From Chthonomonadaceae bacterium (GTDB lineage Bacteria; Armatimonadota; Chthonomonadetes; Chthonomonadales; Chthonomonadaceae), in assembly GCA_043733205.1 (NCBI GenBank), contig JAYTGR010000124.1, forward strand, positions 1-39,303: a stretch of DNA of 39,303 bases. The letters run 5' to 3'. The notes under the pieces were generated by a model. That model searched no databases. It had not been told where the DNA came from and saw nothing but the letters and a program-made list of their open reading frames with translations. The position numbers were made by a program, and so were the translations under genes. Below are positions 1 through 8,867 of this stretch, in pieces; position 1 is the stretch's first letter, and each line of letters opens with the position of its first letter.

Positions 1-847
1 GTTTGCCTTGCAGCGCCTGCTCCGCCTCTGCGGCCCGCCAGGGCTTGGTGCCAACGCCGCCCAGCGCCAGTCTGGCGCTTACGATGTTTCCATCCTGGAC
101 ATCGAGCGCCACGGCTGCGGAGACGAGCGCGAAAGCGTAGGAAGCTCGGTCGCGCACTTTGAGGTAGTGCGACCGCCTTGCGAACGGCAGAGCCGGCAGG
201 GTTACGCCGGTGATCAGTTCTCCATGCTCCAGCGCCGTCTCTCTCTCCGGATGGTCGGCGGGAAGCAGATGGAAATCGGTAAACGGGAGGGTGCGCTCGC
301 CCTGTGGTCCCTGCAGATGCACGACTGCATCGAGAGCCGTAAGAGCGACACACATGTCGGACGGATGTGCGGCGATGCACTTGCTGCTGCCGCCAAGCAC
401 GGCGTGGATGCGGTTGATGCCCTCCATTGCGGAGCACCCGGAGCCGGGCTCCCGCTTGTTGCACGGCATGGCCGTATCGCGAAAATAGAAACACCGTGTC
501 CGCTGCATCATGTTGCCGCCGAGGGTCGCCACGTTGCGCAGCTGCGCCGACGCGCCCGCCAGGACCGCCTCGGAAAGGAGGGGATAGCGCGTACGGATCG
601 TCTCATCGTAAGCCATATCGCTGTTACGCACCATCGCGCCGATACGCACCGAGCCATCGGCAAGGGTTTCGATTTTCGTGAGCGGCAGTCTGTTGATGTC
701 GATCAGCCGTGCCGGCTGCAGGACGTCCAGTTTCATAAGATCGATCAGCGAAGAACCACCCGCAACGAACGCCGCCTCCGGCAGGGCGGCCGCTTCGCCT
801 ATCGCCGTATGCGCGTCTTCGACTCGAATATAGCTAAATGGATGCAT
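1..847 (-). CDS. FAD-binding subunit of a xanthine-dehydrogenase-family molybdoenzyme (PaoB/CoxM-like). Partial: the C-terminus runs off the left edge.
   Basis: Not in the ORF track because there is no stop in the window. My minus-strand translation from ATG 847-845 reads MHPFSYIRVEDAHTAIGEAAALPEAAFVAGGSSLIDLMKLDVLQPARLIDINRL...GAMVRNSDMAY...QLRNVATLGGNMMQRTRCFYFRDTAMPCNKREPGSGCSAMEG...KCIAAHPSDM... and stays open to base 1. The GGSSLIDLMK motif is the FAD-binding PCMH fold, and the Cys-rich insert resembles the Fe-S insert of PaoB. The start overlaps the stop of the upstream Fe-S subunit gene by 14 nt. Confidence 0.8.
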   Translation of the reverse strand, partial: MHPFSYIRVEDAHTAIGEAAALPEAAFVAGGSSLIDLMKLDVLQPARLIDINRLPLTKIETLADGSVRIGAMVRNSDMAYDETIRTRYPLLSEAVLAGASAQLRNVATLGGNMMQRTRCFYFRDTAMPCNKREPGSGCSAMEGINRIHAVLGGSSKCIAAHPSDMCVALTALDAVVHLQGPQGERTLPFTDFHLLPADHPERETALEHGELITGVTLPALPFARRSHYLKVRDRASYAFALVSAAVALDVQDGNIVSARLALGGVGTKPWRAAEAEQALQGK

Positions 848-1562
848 CGATCTTCCCCTCCATTGCGCCACGGATCGCCGCCAGAATATTGGGGTAAGCG
901 CCGCACCGGCAGATATTCCCGCTCATCGCTTCACGGATCTCGTCATCGCCATGAGCATGACCTTCCTGCACCATTCCAACGGCCGACATGATCTGACCGG
1001 GAGTACAGAAGCCGCACTGAAAACCGTCGTGGGAGAGGAAGGCAGCCTGCATTGGATGCAGCTTGTCACCCTCCGCCAGCCCTTCGATGGTAGTGATCTG
1101 CTGCCCTTCGTGCATAAGCGCCAGCGTCAGGCAGGAGAGCGTCCGGCGTCCATCGATATGCACCGTACAGGCCCCGCACTGCCCGTGGTCGCAGCCTTTT
1201 TTCGTGCCGGTCAGCTGTGCGCGCTCCCGGATCGCATCCAGAAGAGACACGCGGGATTCTACGTTCATCGGGTAGGCTCTGCCGTTGATCTGAAGCGTGA
1301 CGGCGGCCTCTCCTGCCAGCGCAGCGGGTGTCTGAACGGCAGGCGGAAGCGTGCCGGCCATTGCTTCCTCATCCGCAGCGGACGCCGTTCCCAGCGCGAC
1401 GCCCACTCCGATCGCCGTCGTTTCCGCAAGGAATTCACGCCGTGATTTCCGCACCGACGGCATTTCACTTAGCGCCTGCTCTAAACTGGGGGAGGTTTCT
1501 GTGTCCGTGCAGGAACTGGGCGGCACCGGATCGGAATGAAGTGGATCGTTCGAATTTTGCAT
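834..1562 (-). CDS. (2Fe-2S)-binding small subunit of a xanthine-dehydrogenase-family molybdoenzyme with a Tat signal (PaoA-like periplasmic aldehyde oxidoreductase subunit).
   Basis: Lies in ORF 834..1853(-). I chose the internal start MQNSND at 1562, which is preceded by GAGGGAAGG. Twin-arginine signal SRREFLAETTAIGVGVALGTASA. Two ferredoxin motifs: CDHGQCGACTV and GFQCGFCTPGQIMS...CRCGAY. The gene order Fe-S then FAD matches paoA-paoB. Confidence 0.85.
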   Translation of the reverse strand: MQNSNDPLHSDPVPPSSCTDTETSPSLEQALSEMPSVRKSRREFLAETTAIGVGVALGTASAADEEAMAGTLPPAVQTPAALAGEAAVTLQINGRAYPMNVESRVSLLDAIRERAQLTGTKKGCDHGQCGACTVHIDGRRTLSCLTLALMHEGQQITTIEGLAEGDKLHPMQAAFLSHDGFQCGFCTPGQIMSAVGMVQEGHAHGDDEIREAMSGNICRCGAYPNILAAIRGAMEGKIDASI

Positions 1563-1869
1563 CAAGCCTTCCCTCAGGCTCAGCCGACGGCGAACGCTTC
1601 TGCTGCGCTGTGTCGGGCGGCCTCTCTCTGCATGAAATGATGGACAGAATCTGTCCGGTACGTTAAAGACCGTTCTGCCGCAGATAGGAGGCACGCCGAC
1701 GGAGTTGGCGTGACAGGCAGTTCCGTCCCTAGAACCGGTCGAATGGGAAATGGGCAGTGAAGCAGACACCTGAGAGGCGGCAGCATCGATTTCAATAGGG
1801 CGTAGACGGGGAGGAAGGGCTGTCTGTTCCCAAAATGCGAGAGGGATCGACACAGGAGAATGCAGGGGG

Positions 1870-2410
1870 TTAGCGCGGCGGTATGGGAGCGCGATCCGTC
1901 GTTTGCACCGTGACGCTTGCGGGCGCGAATCCGGCTGCAGTCGCGGTAAGGAGGATCAGTCCTGCCGGAGCGTTGGCGCGTAAAATGGCGATGCACTGGC
2001 CCGCATTTTTACCGACGGCGCGGAGCGTTCCCGGCTCGAACGGAACCTTCCAGAGGCGCGGTGCGGCGTCGGCAGGGCGGGACTGACTTCCGAGCGACGT
2101 GCCGTTCAGAAACAGCTCTACCTGTTCGCAGTTGCTGTAGACCTCCACGCTCTCCCTGTGCGGCTCGGCATCGCGCGGGGACCAGTCCGAGAAAAGGGTC
2201 GGAAGGGAGGAGGGGATCGCCTTGACACCGGGCTCTGCGCCAGCTGGAGTCGTCGAAGGTCGGCTGCATCGCACTCTGCGCATCTCCCATCATGAAACGC
2301 CAAGGCGCGTCCAGCGATTCGACGCGCCTGCCCTGGCCGCCCGCATGCGAACAAGTCATCACCACGAACAGCAGACCGATCTATAACGCCGCCGACATCC
2401 TCCTGCGCAT
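1870..2410 (-). pseudogene. Glycoside hydrolase family 2 (beta-galactosidase-like) remnant with a premature stop and a large internal deletion or frameshift.
   Basis: ATG 2410 is preceded by AAGGAG and gives MRRRMSAAL, then an in-frame TAG (2381-2383), then IGLLFVVMTCSHAGGQGRRVESLDAPWRFMMGDAQSAMQPTFDDSSW. That is a signal peptide plus a typical GH2 N-terminus. After about 45 residues the homology jumps frame into ORF 1870..2283, which reads SVEVYSNCEQVELFLNGTSLG...LWKVPFEPGTLRAVG. That is typical of the GH2 C-terminal domain. The catalytic core of about 600-800 aa is absent. Confidence 0.45.
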
Positions 2411-2430
2411 ACCGACACTCCTTCTAAATA

Positions 2431-2905
2431 TCACGGCGCCTGCCATGGGGTGGGGGCGAGTTCGAGCCGCAGATAGTCGTACTCGACGCCGCTCATCGCC
2501 CCGCCTGCGGGAACCGTGAGTTTGAGCACATTGTCCCCCGCCTGCATCGAGCCGGCATCGAAAAGAACGTCGCGCTCGTACCAGTAACCGCGTATCCCGT
2601 CCCGGCGACACTGCCGCCGGGGCCCTGCCCGAGCGCGGCTCCCTCATAAAAACCCTTAACGGAGACTTCTGCGCGTTCCCCCGCATTTCGAGCGGGATCG
2701 ATGGTGACCGAGGAAACGGTGCGCGGCCCGCGCGTCGGCGTGTGCGACCAGTAGCCGGCCGGATGCCCCGACCCCGAACCGAGCAGCTCCTGATCCTGGT
2801 ATTTCAGGGAGACCAGATCCCCGGACTGTCTGTCCACACGCGCCGTGACGAAACGGTTCGCCAGTATAAAACTCTCTGCTGCCTGCGTCAGTGTCACCGG
2901 ATCCG
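2431..2905 (-). pseudogene. Rhamnogalacturonan lyase (PL4-like) remnant, 5'-truncated and internally deleted or frameshifted.
   Basis: ORF 2493..3056(-) contains LTQAAESFILANRFVTARVDRQSGDLVSLKYQDQELLG...GYWSH, which is PL4 N-domain-like, but no start or signal peptide. It abuts the dusC stop. Around 2590-2620 the similarity switches frame to GYWYERDVLFDAGSMQAGDNVLKLTVPAGGAMSGVEYDYLRLELAP, followed by a stop at 2431-2433. That is a PL4 C-terminal-like end. The middle of the enzyme is missing. Confidence 0.4.
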
Positions 2906-2910
2906 CCCTG

Positions 2911-3960
2911 TCAGGGCAGCTCGCAGGAGGCGGAAACCATTTCGGGAGCAGCATTGGTGTCGATCCTGTACGACAGGGGAAGCTCGTCGGCGGATGCGAG
3001 GGCGGTGAACAGCTCTTCGACGGACTGGGTGCGTTTGATGAGATCGAAGGCGGCAAAACTGCCGTAATTGCTGGCGAGCCGCAGCCACTGCTTCAGGCGC
3101 AGGAGAGTTCCCTTGCGGGCATCGTCTATATAGAAGTCGGTCCAGTACACCAGGCGCTGGAGGTGGGGGATCCAGTCGCAGAGGGTTTCGATTCGCGGCA
3201 GAGATCTGTCGGAACCGATCCCGAGTTCGGCTGCGACCTGAGACGCCAGCAGAGGATTCGCCAGTGCACTTCGGCCGAGCATAAAATGCAGACACCCTGT
3301 CTCTGCGCGGCACTGCTGAAAGTCGGTAAGCGTCCAGATGTCGCCGTTGGCGACGACCGGCAGGCCGAGTCGTTCGCGTACAGTCCCGATCGGTTTCCAG
3401 TAGACCGGCGGTTTGTAGCCCTGCGCGCGTGTGCGGGCATGGATGGTCAGCCAGTCCGCGCCTCCCTCCGCCGCCATGTCGGCGTTGGCATGGATGTCGT
3501 CGATGGACTCCCAGCCGAGGCGCAGCTTCGCGGAGACAGAGATCTCTTTTGGAACCGCCGAACGCACGGCTGCGACGATCTCCCGGATTCGGTTCGGGTG
3601 TTTCAGCAGCGTTGCGCCGCCGTCATGGCGATTTACGGTCGGGGCCGGACAGCCGAAGTTGATATCGATGGCGGTCGCCCCCGCTTCGCAGGCGACGGCC
3701 GCCGCTGCTGCCATGCGCCCCGAATCGCCCCCGAGGAGCTGCACCTGCACCGGCAGGCCCGTCGGCGTCCTGCCCTGGTGCATCAGTTCGGGGATATGGC
3801 GCAAAAAGACGCGGCGCGGCGGCACCTCGCTGCTGACGCGCAGAAACTCGGAAACGGCGAACGTAAAAGCGCCGGTCTCTCCCTGCAGTGCGCGCATCGG
3901 AGCGTCGGTGATGCCATCCATCGGAGCCAGAATCAGCGCCGGGATGTTCGAAACCAGCAT
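2911..3960 (-). CDS. dusC: tRNA-dihydrouridine synthase, DusC-like.
   Basis: 349 aa. Motifs: LAPMDGITDAPMR, SEFLRV...VFLRHIPEL, DINFGCPAPTVNRHDGGATLLK (catalytic Cys), SAKLRLGW, IHARTRAQGY, VVANGDIW and MLGRSAL. The overall pattern resembles E. coli DusC more than DusA or DusB. Confidence 0.8.
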   Translation of the reverse strand: MLVSNIPALILAPMDGITDAPMRALQGETGAFTFAVSEFLRVSSEVPPRRVFLRHIPELMHQGRTPTGLPVQVQLLGGDSGRMAAAAAVACEAGATAIDINFGCPAPTVNRHDGGATLLKHPNRIREIVAAVRSAVPKEISVSAKLRLGWESIDDIHANADMAAEGGADWLTIHARTRAQGYKPPVYWKPIGTVRERLGLPVVANGDIWTLTDFQQCRAETGCLHFMLGRSALANPLLASQVAAELGIGSDRSLPRIETLCDWIPHLQRLVYWTDFYIDDARKGTLLRLKQWLRLASNYGSFAAFDLIKRTQSVEELFTALASADELPLSYRIDTNAAPEMVSASCELP

Positions 3961-4127
3961 GACATCCCTCCCATTAAAATTTTGTGCGTGATGAAACTAT
4001 CCATCGTAACCTTATTATAGCAAGCTGGGAACGGTGTTGTCCATGAATCGCGGGATTGCAGCCCTCATGACATGGCAGGCGACCGCAGTGAAACGAAGGA
4101 ACAATCGGGGATTCTCCTCCGTTTTCT

Positions 4128-7100
4128 ATGCAGAAGATCTCAATCGTCGATCCGGAAAGAACCCTTCAGAAAATGGATCCTGCACAGCTGACCGACCACA
4201 ATCGAGACGGTTTCTTTCCCGGCACCGGCGAAATGGCTGCCCTGATGCGCGCTAAAGACTGGTCTCAAACCCCGTTAGGAGCGGTCGAGACATGGCCGCA
4301 GAGTCTGAGGACCGTTGTGCGCATTATGCTCACCTCACGCTACGCGATGTGGATGGGGTGGGGCAGCCGACTGACCTTTTTCTACAACGACGCCTATCGT
4401 CCTACTCTGGGTGTCAAGCATCCCTGGGCGCTCGGTCAGCCTGCGCAGCAGGTCTGGGCCGAGATATGGCCGGTGGTCGGGCCGCGGATCGAAGCCGTTC
4501 TGCAGAACGACGAAGCCACCTGGGACGAGGCTCTTCGGCTCTTCCTGGAACGCAGCGGCTATTCGGAAGAGACGTACCACACGTTCTCTTACAGTCCGCT
4601 TGCGAACGACGCAGAAAAAACCGATGGGATGCTGTGCGTCGTTACCGAAGTCACCGCGCGCGTACTTGGGGAGAGGCGGCTGACGCTGCTGCGCGATTTA
4701 GCGGCGGCGCTCGCGGTGACGCAGACTTCCACCGAGGTTTTTGCTGCGCTGCGAGCCTGCCTCGAAGCCGAAGCGCACGATGTGCCGTTCACGCTGACCT
4801 ATCTCTTCGATGGGGACGACGGCGGGGCTCATCTGGCCTGCACAACCGGTATTTCGGAAGAACACGCCGCGGCAGTTTCCATGCCGCCTTCGGAAGACAT
4901 CTCTTTCCCCTGGCCGGTTCACCAGCTGCTGTCCGCATCGGAGCCAGTGCTCGTCGAAAACCTCTCCGCGCATTTTGAAAACCTGCCCAGCGGACCCTGG
5001 GACAAACCGCCGGACCAGGCGCTTCTCGTGCTGCTGGCGCAGCAGGGCCAGGAGCGGCCAGCGGGATTCCTGGTCGTCGCTCTGAACCCTTTCTGTCGGC
5101 CGGATGCAGACTATCTCGGATTTGTCACCCTGCTGACAGGTCAGATCGCTGCGGGGCTTGCCAACGCGCGGGCCTACGAAGAAGAGCGCAAACGTGCCGA
5201 TGCGCTTGCGGAACTCGACCGCGCCAAAACGACGTTCTTCAGCAATGTAAGCCATGAGTTCCGCACCCCGCTTACCCTGATGCTCGGGCCGATGGAGGAT
5301 GCGCTCAACAGCGAAGCAAGACTCCTTGACGGTCAGAACCTGGAGGTCGTTCACCGCAACGGGCTGCGTCTGCTCAAACTCGTCAACGCTCTGCTCGACT
5401 TCTCGCGCCTGGAAGCCGGCCGTGTACAGGCGCGCTGCGAATTGACGGACCTCGGAGCGTTCACGACAGAACTGGCGAGTGTCTTCCGGTCGGCGGTCGA
5501 GAGAGCCGGTATGCGGCTGATCGTTAGCTGTCCGACCCCGGCGCTGCCTGTCTGCGTCGACCGTGAGATGTGGGAAAAGATCGTTCTCAATCTGCTTTCC
5601 AACGCCTTTAAGTTCACGGCGGAGGGAGAGATCGAAGTCTCTCTGGCGGCGCACGGCGAGGCCGTCGAACTCAGAGTGCGCGACACCGGATCGGGTATCC
5701 CCGAACAGCAGCTGCCGCAGATCTTCGAACGCTTTCACCGCGTGGAAGGCGCGCGCTCCCGAACCCACGAAGGCACAGGAATCGGGCTGGCGCTGGTCCG
5801 GGAACTGGTAAAGCTGCATGGCGGAGAGATTGCGGTGAGCAGTCAGGCAGGGGAGGGCACTCAGTTTACGGTGTCGATACCCTCGGGAACTGCCCATCTC
5901 TCTCCAGAGCACGTTCAGAAGTCCCGCAGCGTGTCCTCCTCTCCCTCCACAGGCAGTCTGTATCTTGAAGAGGCGCTTCGATGGCTTCCGGAACTGGAGC
6001 CTGCGACTTTGGAAGCGGATGCGGAACAGCGGAATGCCCCTGGCTTTTCCCGAAGGAATATGAGGCGCACCGCTGCTGGGGAGATGCTCCCGATCGTTCT
6101 GCTGGCTGACGACAATGCCGATATGCGAGAGTACGTACAGCGGCTGCTCAGCGCCGAATATAACGTGATTGCGGTCGCAGATGGCGATGCCCTGCTGACT
6201 GCTGCCTGCGAAGTGAAGCCCGACCTGGTGCTCAGCGACGTGATGATGCCGGGACGCGATGGTTTCAGTGCGCTGCAGATTCTGCGGACAGACCCGAAGA
6301 CCCGTACGATCCCGGTCATTCTGCTGTCGGCGCGGGCCGGAACAGAGGCGCGCATCGAGGGGCTCTCCGCCGGCGCAGACGACTATATCGCCAAACCTTT
6401 TAGCGCCAAGGAACTGCTCGCCCGAGTTGCGGCGCTTCTGGAACTTTCGAAAGTGCGGATCGCCGCCAGCCAGGCCGTCCGGGACAGCATGGAACGGCTT
6501 GGCGCGGCCCTGGAAGCGGCGGATACAGGAACCTTCCAGTGGGACATCCGCACCAACGAACTGCAATGGGACGAAAACCTCGACCGGCTCTTTGGGCTTG
6601 CACCGGGTGTCACGGTGCGTACCCTCGAAAATTTTCTCGCCCAGGTCCATCCGGCAGACCGTCCGGAGGTCATGGCACGCAGCGAACGGTGCCGGGACGA
6701 AGGCGCGGATTTCGAGATGGAGATGCGCGTACTGACCCCGTCAGGAGAACGCTGGATCTTAGATAAAGGCAAGACCGTCTGCGACGAAGAAGGCCGCCCT
6801 CTCTATATGACCGGGGCCTGTCTGGACCTCACCGAGCGCAAACGCGCCGAGGCTGCGCTGCAGGAACGCACCCGACTCGCCGAGCTTGGGGTCGAGATCG
6901 GAAAGGCTATCACCGCCAAACAGCCGCTGCCGATCATTCTGCAGGAGTGTGCGGAGATTCTGGTGCGCCATCTCGATGGAGCGTTCGCGCGCGTCTGGAC
7001 CCTGAACGAAACTGCCAATATTCTGGAGCTGCAGTCCAGCGCCGGCCTCTATACCCATCTGGACGGTCCCCACAGCAGAGTGCCTGTCGGAAAGTTCAAA

Positions 7101-7979
7101 ATCGGCTTGATAGCAGAGGGGCGCAAGCCTCATCTCACCAATGAAGTCGTGGGAGATCCACAGGTCGGAGATCAGGAGTGGGCCAGACGGGAAGGTATGG
7201 TCTCCTTTGCCGGCTATCCGCTGGTGGTCGAAGATCGACTGGTGGGTGTGATGGCCCTGTTTGCCGGACACTCTCTGTCGGAAGACACTTTGGACGCGAT
7301 GGCCGCCGTTTCCAGCCAGTTGGCGCTTGGCATCGAGCGCAAGTGGGCAGAGATGCAGGTGCAGCTGCTGAACGTCCGCCTGCAGCGGGCGATGACGGAG
7401 ACGCATCATAGAGTTAAGAACAATCTCCAGCTGATGTCGGCGCTGATCGATATGCAGCGAGGCGACGGAAGGGAGATGGTGCCGGTAGAGGAGTTTGCCC
7501 GGCTCAGCGCCAATGTGCGGGCGCTCGGCGTCATTCACGACATTCTGACCCAGGAGGCGAAGGAAGGCAGTGAACAGGAGACTCTCTCTGCCAAAGCTGT
7601 TCTGGACAAACTTCTCGACATGCTTCAGCAGACCGCCGGCAGCCATCTGCTGCGTTTCTCAATCGACGAGGTGAGGCTCCTTGGGCGGCAGGCGACCTCC
7701 CTCGCGCTCATCACGAACGAACTGGTTTCCAATGCCCAGAAACACGGCAAAAGCGAAACCTTGGTGACGTTCAGGGCCGATGCGGGAACGGCGGTGCTTC
7801 AGGTCGAGGACGACGGCCCTGGATTTCCCGACGGCTTCGACCCGATCGTCTCCGCCAATACCGGCCTCGATCTGATCGAGAATATGGCCCGCTGGGATCT
7901 GCAGGGCGAGACAATCTACGACCGCCGCCCGGAAGGCGGCGGACGGGCCCGAGTGATATTTTCGGCAGGGCAGCCGTAG
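4128..7979 (+). CDS. Multidomain sensor with two histidine-kinase modules. Domain order: N-terminal sensor/GAF-like region, HisKA-HATPase_c, REC, PAS, GAF, HisKA_2 (HWE-type)-HATPase_c.
   Basis: 1283 aa. First H-box FFSNVSHEFRTPL (His about aa 376), followed by N/G boxes (LLSNAFKFT, DTGSGI, GTGIGLALV). Receiver IVLLADDNADMREYV...DLVLSDVMMPGRDGF...KPF (Asp about aa 704). PAS segment FQWDIRTNELQWDENLDRLFG. A GAF-like segment comes next. Second H-box ETHHRVKNNLQLMSALI (His about aa 1094), with NELVSNAQKHG and DDGPGFP. The start could instead be Met16 at 4173. Confidence 0.9.
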   Translation: MQKISIVDPERTLQKMDPAQLTDHNRDGFFPGTGEMAALMRAKDWSQTPLGAVETWPQSLRTVVRIMLTSRYAMWMGWGSRLTFFYNDAYRPTLGVKHPWALGQPAQQVWAEIWPVVGPRIEAVLQNDEATWDEALRLFLERSGYSEETYHTFSYSPLANDAEKTDGMLCVVTEVTARVLGERRLTLLRDLAAALAVTQTSTEVFAALRACLEAEAHDVPFTLTYLFDGDDGGAHLACTTGISEEHAAAVSMPPSEDISFPWPVHQLLSASEPVLVENLSAHFENLPSGPWDKPPDQALLVLLAQQGQERPAGFLVVALNPFCRPDADYLGFVTLLTGQIAAGLANARAYEEERKRADALAELDRAKTTFFSNVSHEFRTPLTLMLGPMEDALNSEARLLDGQNLEVVHRNGLRLLKLVNALLDFSRLEAGRVQARCELTDLGAFTTELASVFRSAVERAGMRLIVSCPTPALPVCVDREMWEKIVLNLLSNAFKFTAEGEIEVSLAAHGEAVELRVRDTGSGIPEQQLPQIFERFHRVEGARSRTHEGTGIGLALVRELVKLHGGEIAVSSQAGEGTQFTVSIPSGTAHLSPEHVQKSRSVSSSPSTGSLYLEEALRWLPELEPATLEADAEQRNAPGFSRRNMRRTAAGEMLPIVLLADDNADMREYVQRLLSAEYNVIAVADGDALLTAACEVKPDLVLSDVMMPGRDGFSALQILRTDPKTRTIPVILLSARAGTEARIEGLSAGADDYIAKPFSAKELLARVAALLELSKVRIAASQAVRDSMERLGAALEAADTGTFQWDIRTNELQWDENLDRLFGLAPGVTVRTLENFLAQVHPADRPEVMARSERCRDEGADFEMEMRVLTPSGERWILDKGKTVCDEEGRPLYMTGACLDLTERKRAEAALQERTRLAELGVEIGKAITAKQPLPIILQECAEILVRHLDGAFARVWTLNETANILELQSSAGLYTHLDGPHSRVPVGKFKIGLIAEGRKPHLTNEVVGDPQVGDQEWARREGMVSFAGYPLVVEDRLVGVMALFAGHSLSEDTLDAMAAVSSQLALGIERKWAEMQVQLLNVRLQRAMTETHHRVKNNLQLMSALIDMQRGDGREMVPVEEFARLSANVRALGVIHDILTQEAKEGSEQETLSAKAVLDKLLDMLQQTAGSHLLRFSIDEVRLLGRQATSLALITNELVSNAQKHGKSETLVTFRADAGTAVLQVEDDGPGFPDGFDPIVSANTGLDLIENMARWDLQGETIYDRRPEGGGRARVIFSAGQP

Positions 7980-8006
7980 GGGAAGGGACAGCGTCCCAGA
8001 GCCATT

Positions 8007-8837
8007 CTACTGGAGTGATGCGAGCACAAGATCGCGCTCGATCTCGATACCTTTCCATTCGTCCGGTCCAGCGGCGTCGTAGATCAGGGTGTAGGGACCG
8101 GAAAAGCCGCTCTGCCCCGCCATATCGAGACACATTCGGAAATCCTCGGCGTCCGGTTCATACTCGGCCACAAAAGCGCACTTGGCGTGGCAGGTCTCTG
8201 CATAGGGAAAAACGGTCGCCAGATCGGCGTATTTAGACGGCCCTTCCCAGTTGCCGAAGTCCAGATTGAAGCCAACCTGGCCCTCCAGGCTGTCCAGCAG
8301 ACTGCAGACGGCCTGGGGAGTGGCGAGGAGGTCGAACCAGTTCTCCGTCGTCACACGAACTCCGTGTTCGCGGCCATGCTGGGCCAGGGTGTGCAGCGCT
8401 TCCGAACTGCGCCGCAGAGTCTCGTCGGTATAGGGCGCCTGTCCGGCGATAAGGCGGGCGCGCTGTGCCCCCAGCAGTCCGGCAGTCTCGATCCAGTCCG
8501 CCATCCACGCCTGATCGCGGGCGCCATGCACGGGATCCGTGAGATCGCCCGCTTCCACCAGGATCGACAGGAGGGTAACGCCCGCCTGTGCGATCGCCGC
8601 CCGCAGCTCCTTCAGATAGGCCGGTTCCCGGCTTGGCAGATGCGGATGCGAAATCTCCAGCATAGGGAAGCCGTGGGCGGCCAGACTGGCCGGAAGATCC
8701 AGCAGGGACAGCGCGCTCTGGGGCCGCTGGCAGGGGCGCGTGCCGTCGTCGCCGGGCATGTCCCGGTACATCGAGCCGAGCGTGCGATGCAGGCTGTAAG
8801 ACGAGACAGCAAAACGGTTCAGGTTATCCGTGGACAT
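8007..8837 (-). CDS. Sugar phosphate isomerase/epimerase (xylose-isomerase-like TIM barrel).
   Basis: 276 aa. Typical family pattern: FAVSSYSL, GFPMLEISHPHL, ENW..., NLDFGNW. It lies 30 nt downstream of the GxGYxYP gene on the same strand, so the two are probably an operon. Confidence 0.75.
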   Translation of the reverse strand: MSTDNLNRFAVSSYSLHRTLGSMYRDMPGDDGTRPCQRPQSALSLLDLPASLAAHGFPMLEISHPHLPSREPAYLKELRAAIAQAGVTLLSILVEAGDLTDPVHGARDQAWMADWIETAGLLGAQRARLIAGQAPYTDETLRRSSEALHTLAQHGREHGVRVTTENWFDLLATPQAVCSLLDSLEGQVGFNLDFGNWEGPSKYADLATVFPYAETCHAKCAFVAEYEPDAEDFRMCLDMAGQSGFSGPYTLIYDAAGPDEWKGIEIERDLVLASLQ

Positions 8838-8867
8838 AGTGCATCGATCTTTCTCGGGTCGCGAATG

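Noticed and set aside
8-991. Plus-strand ORF of 327 aa at the left edge.
   Set aside because: It is antisense to the clearly recognisable FAD-binding and 2Fe-2S subunit genes, and its sequence is low-complexity and Arg-rich.
4698-6650. 650-aa minus-strand ORF inside the histidine-kinase gene.
   Set aside because: It is an antisense shadow of a gene with multiple canonical kinase and receiver motifs.
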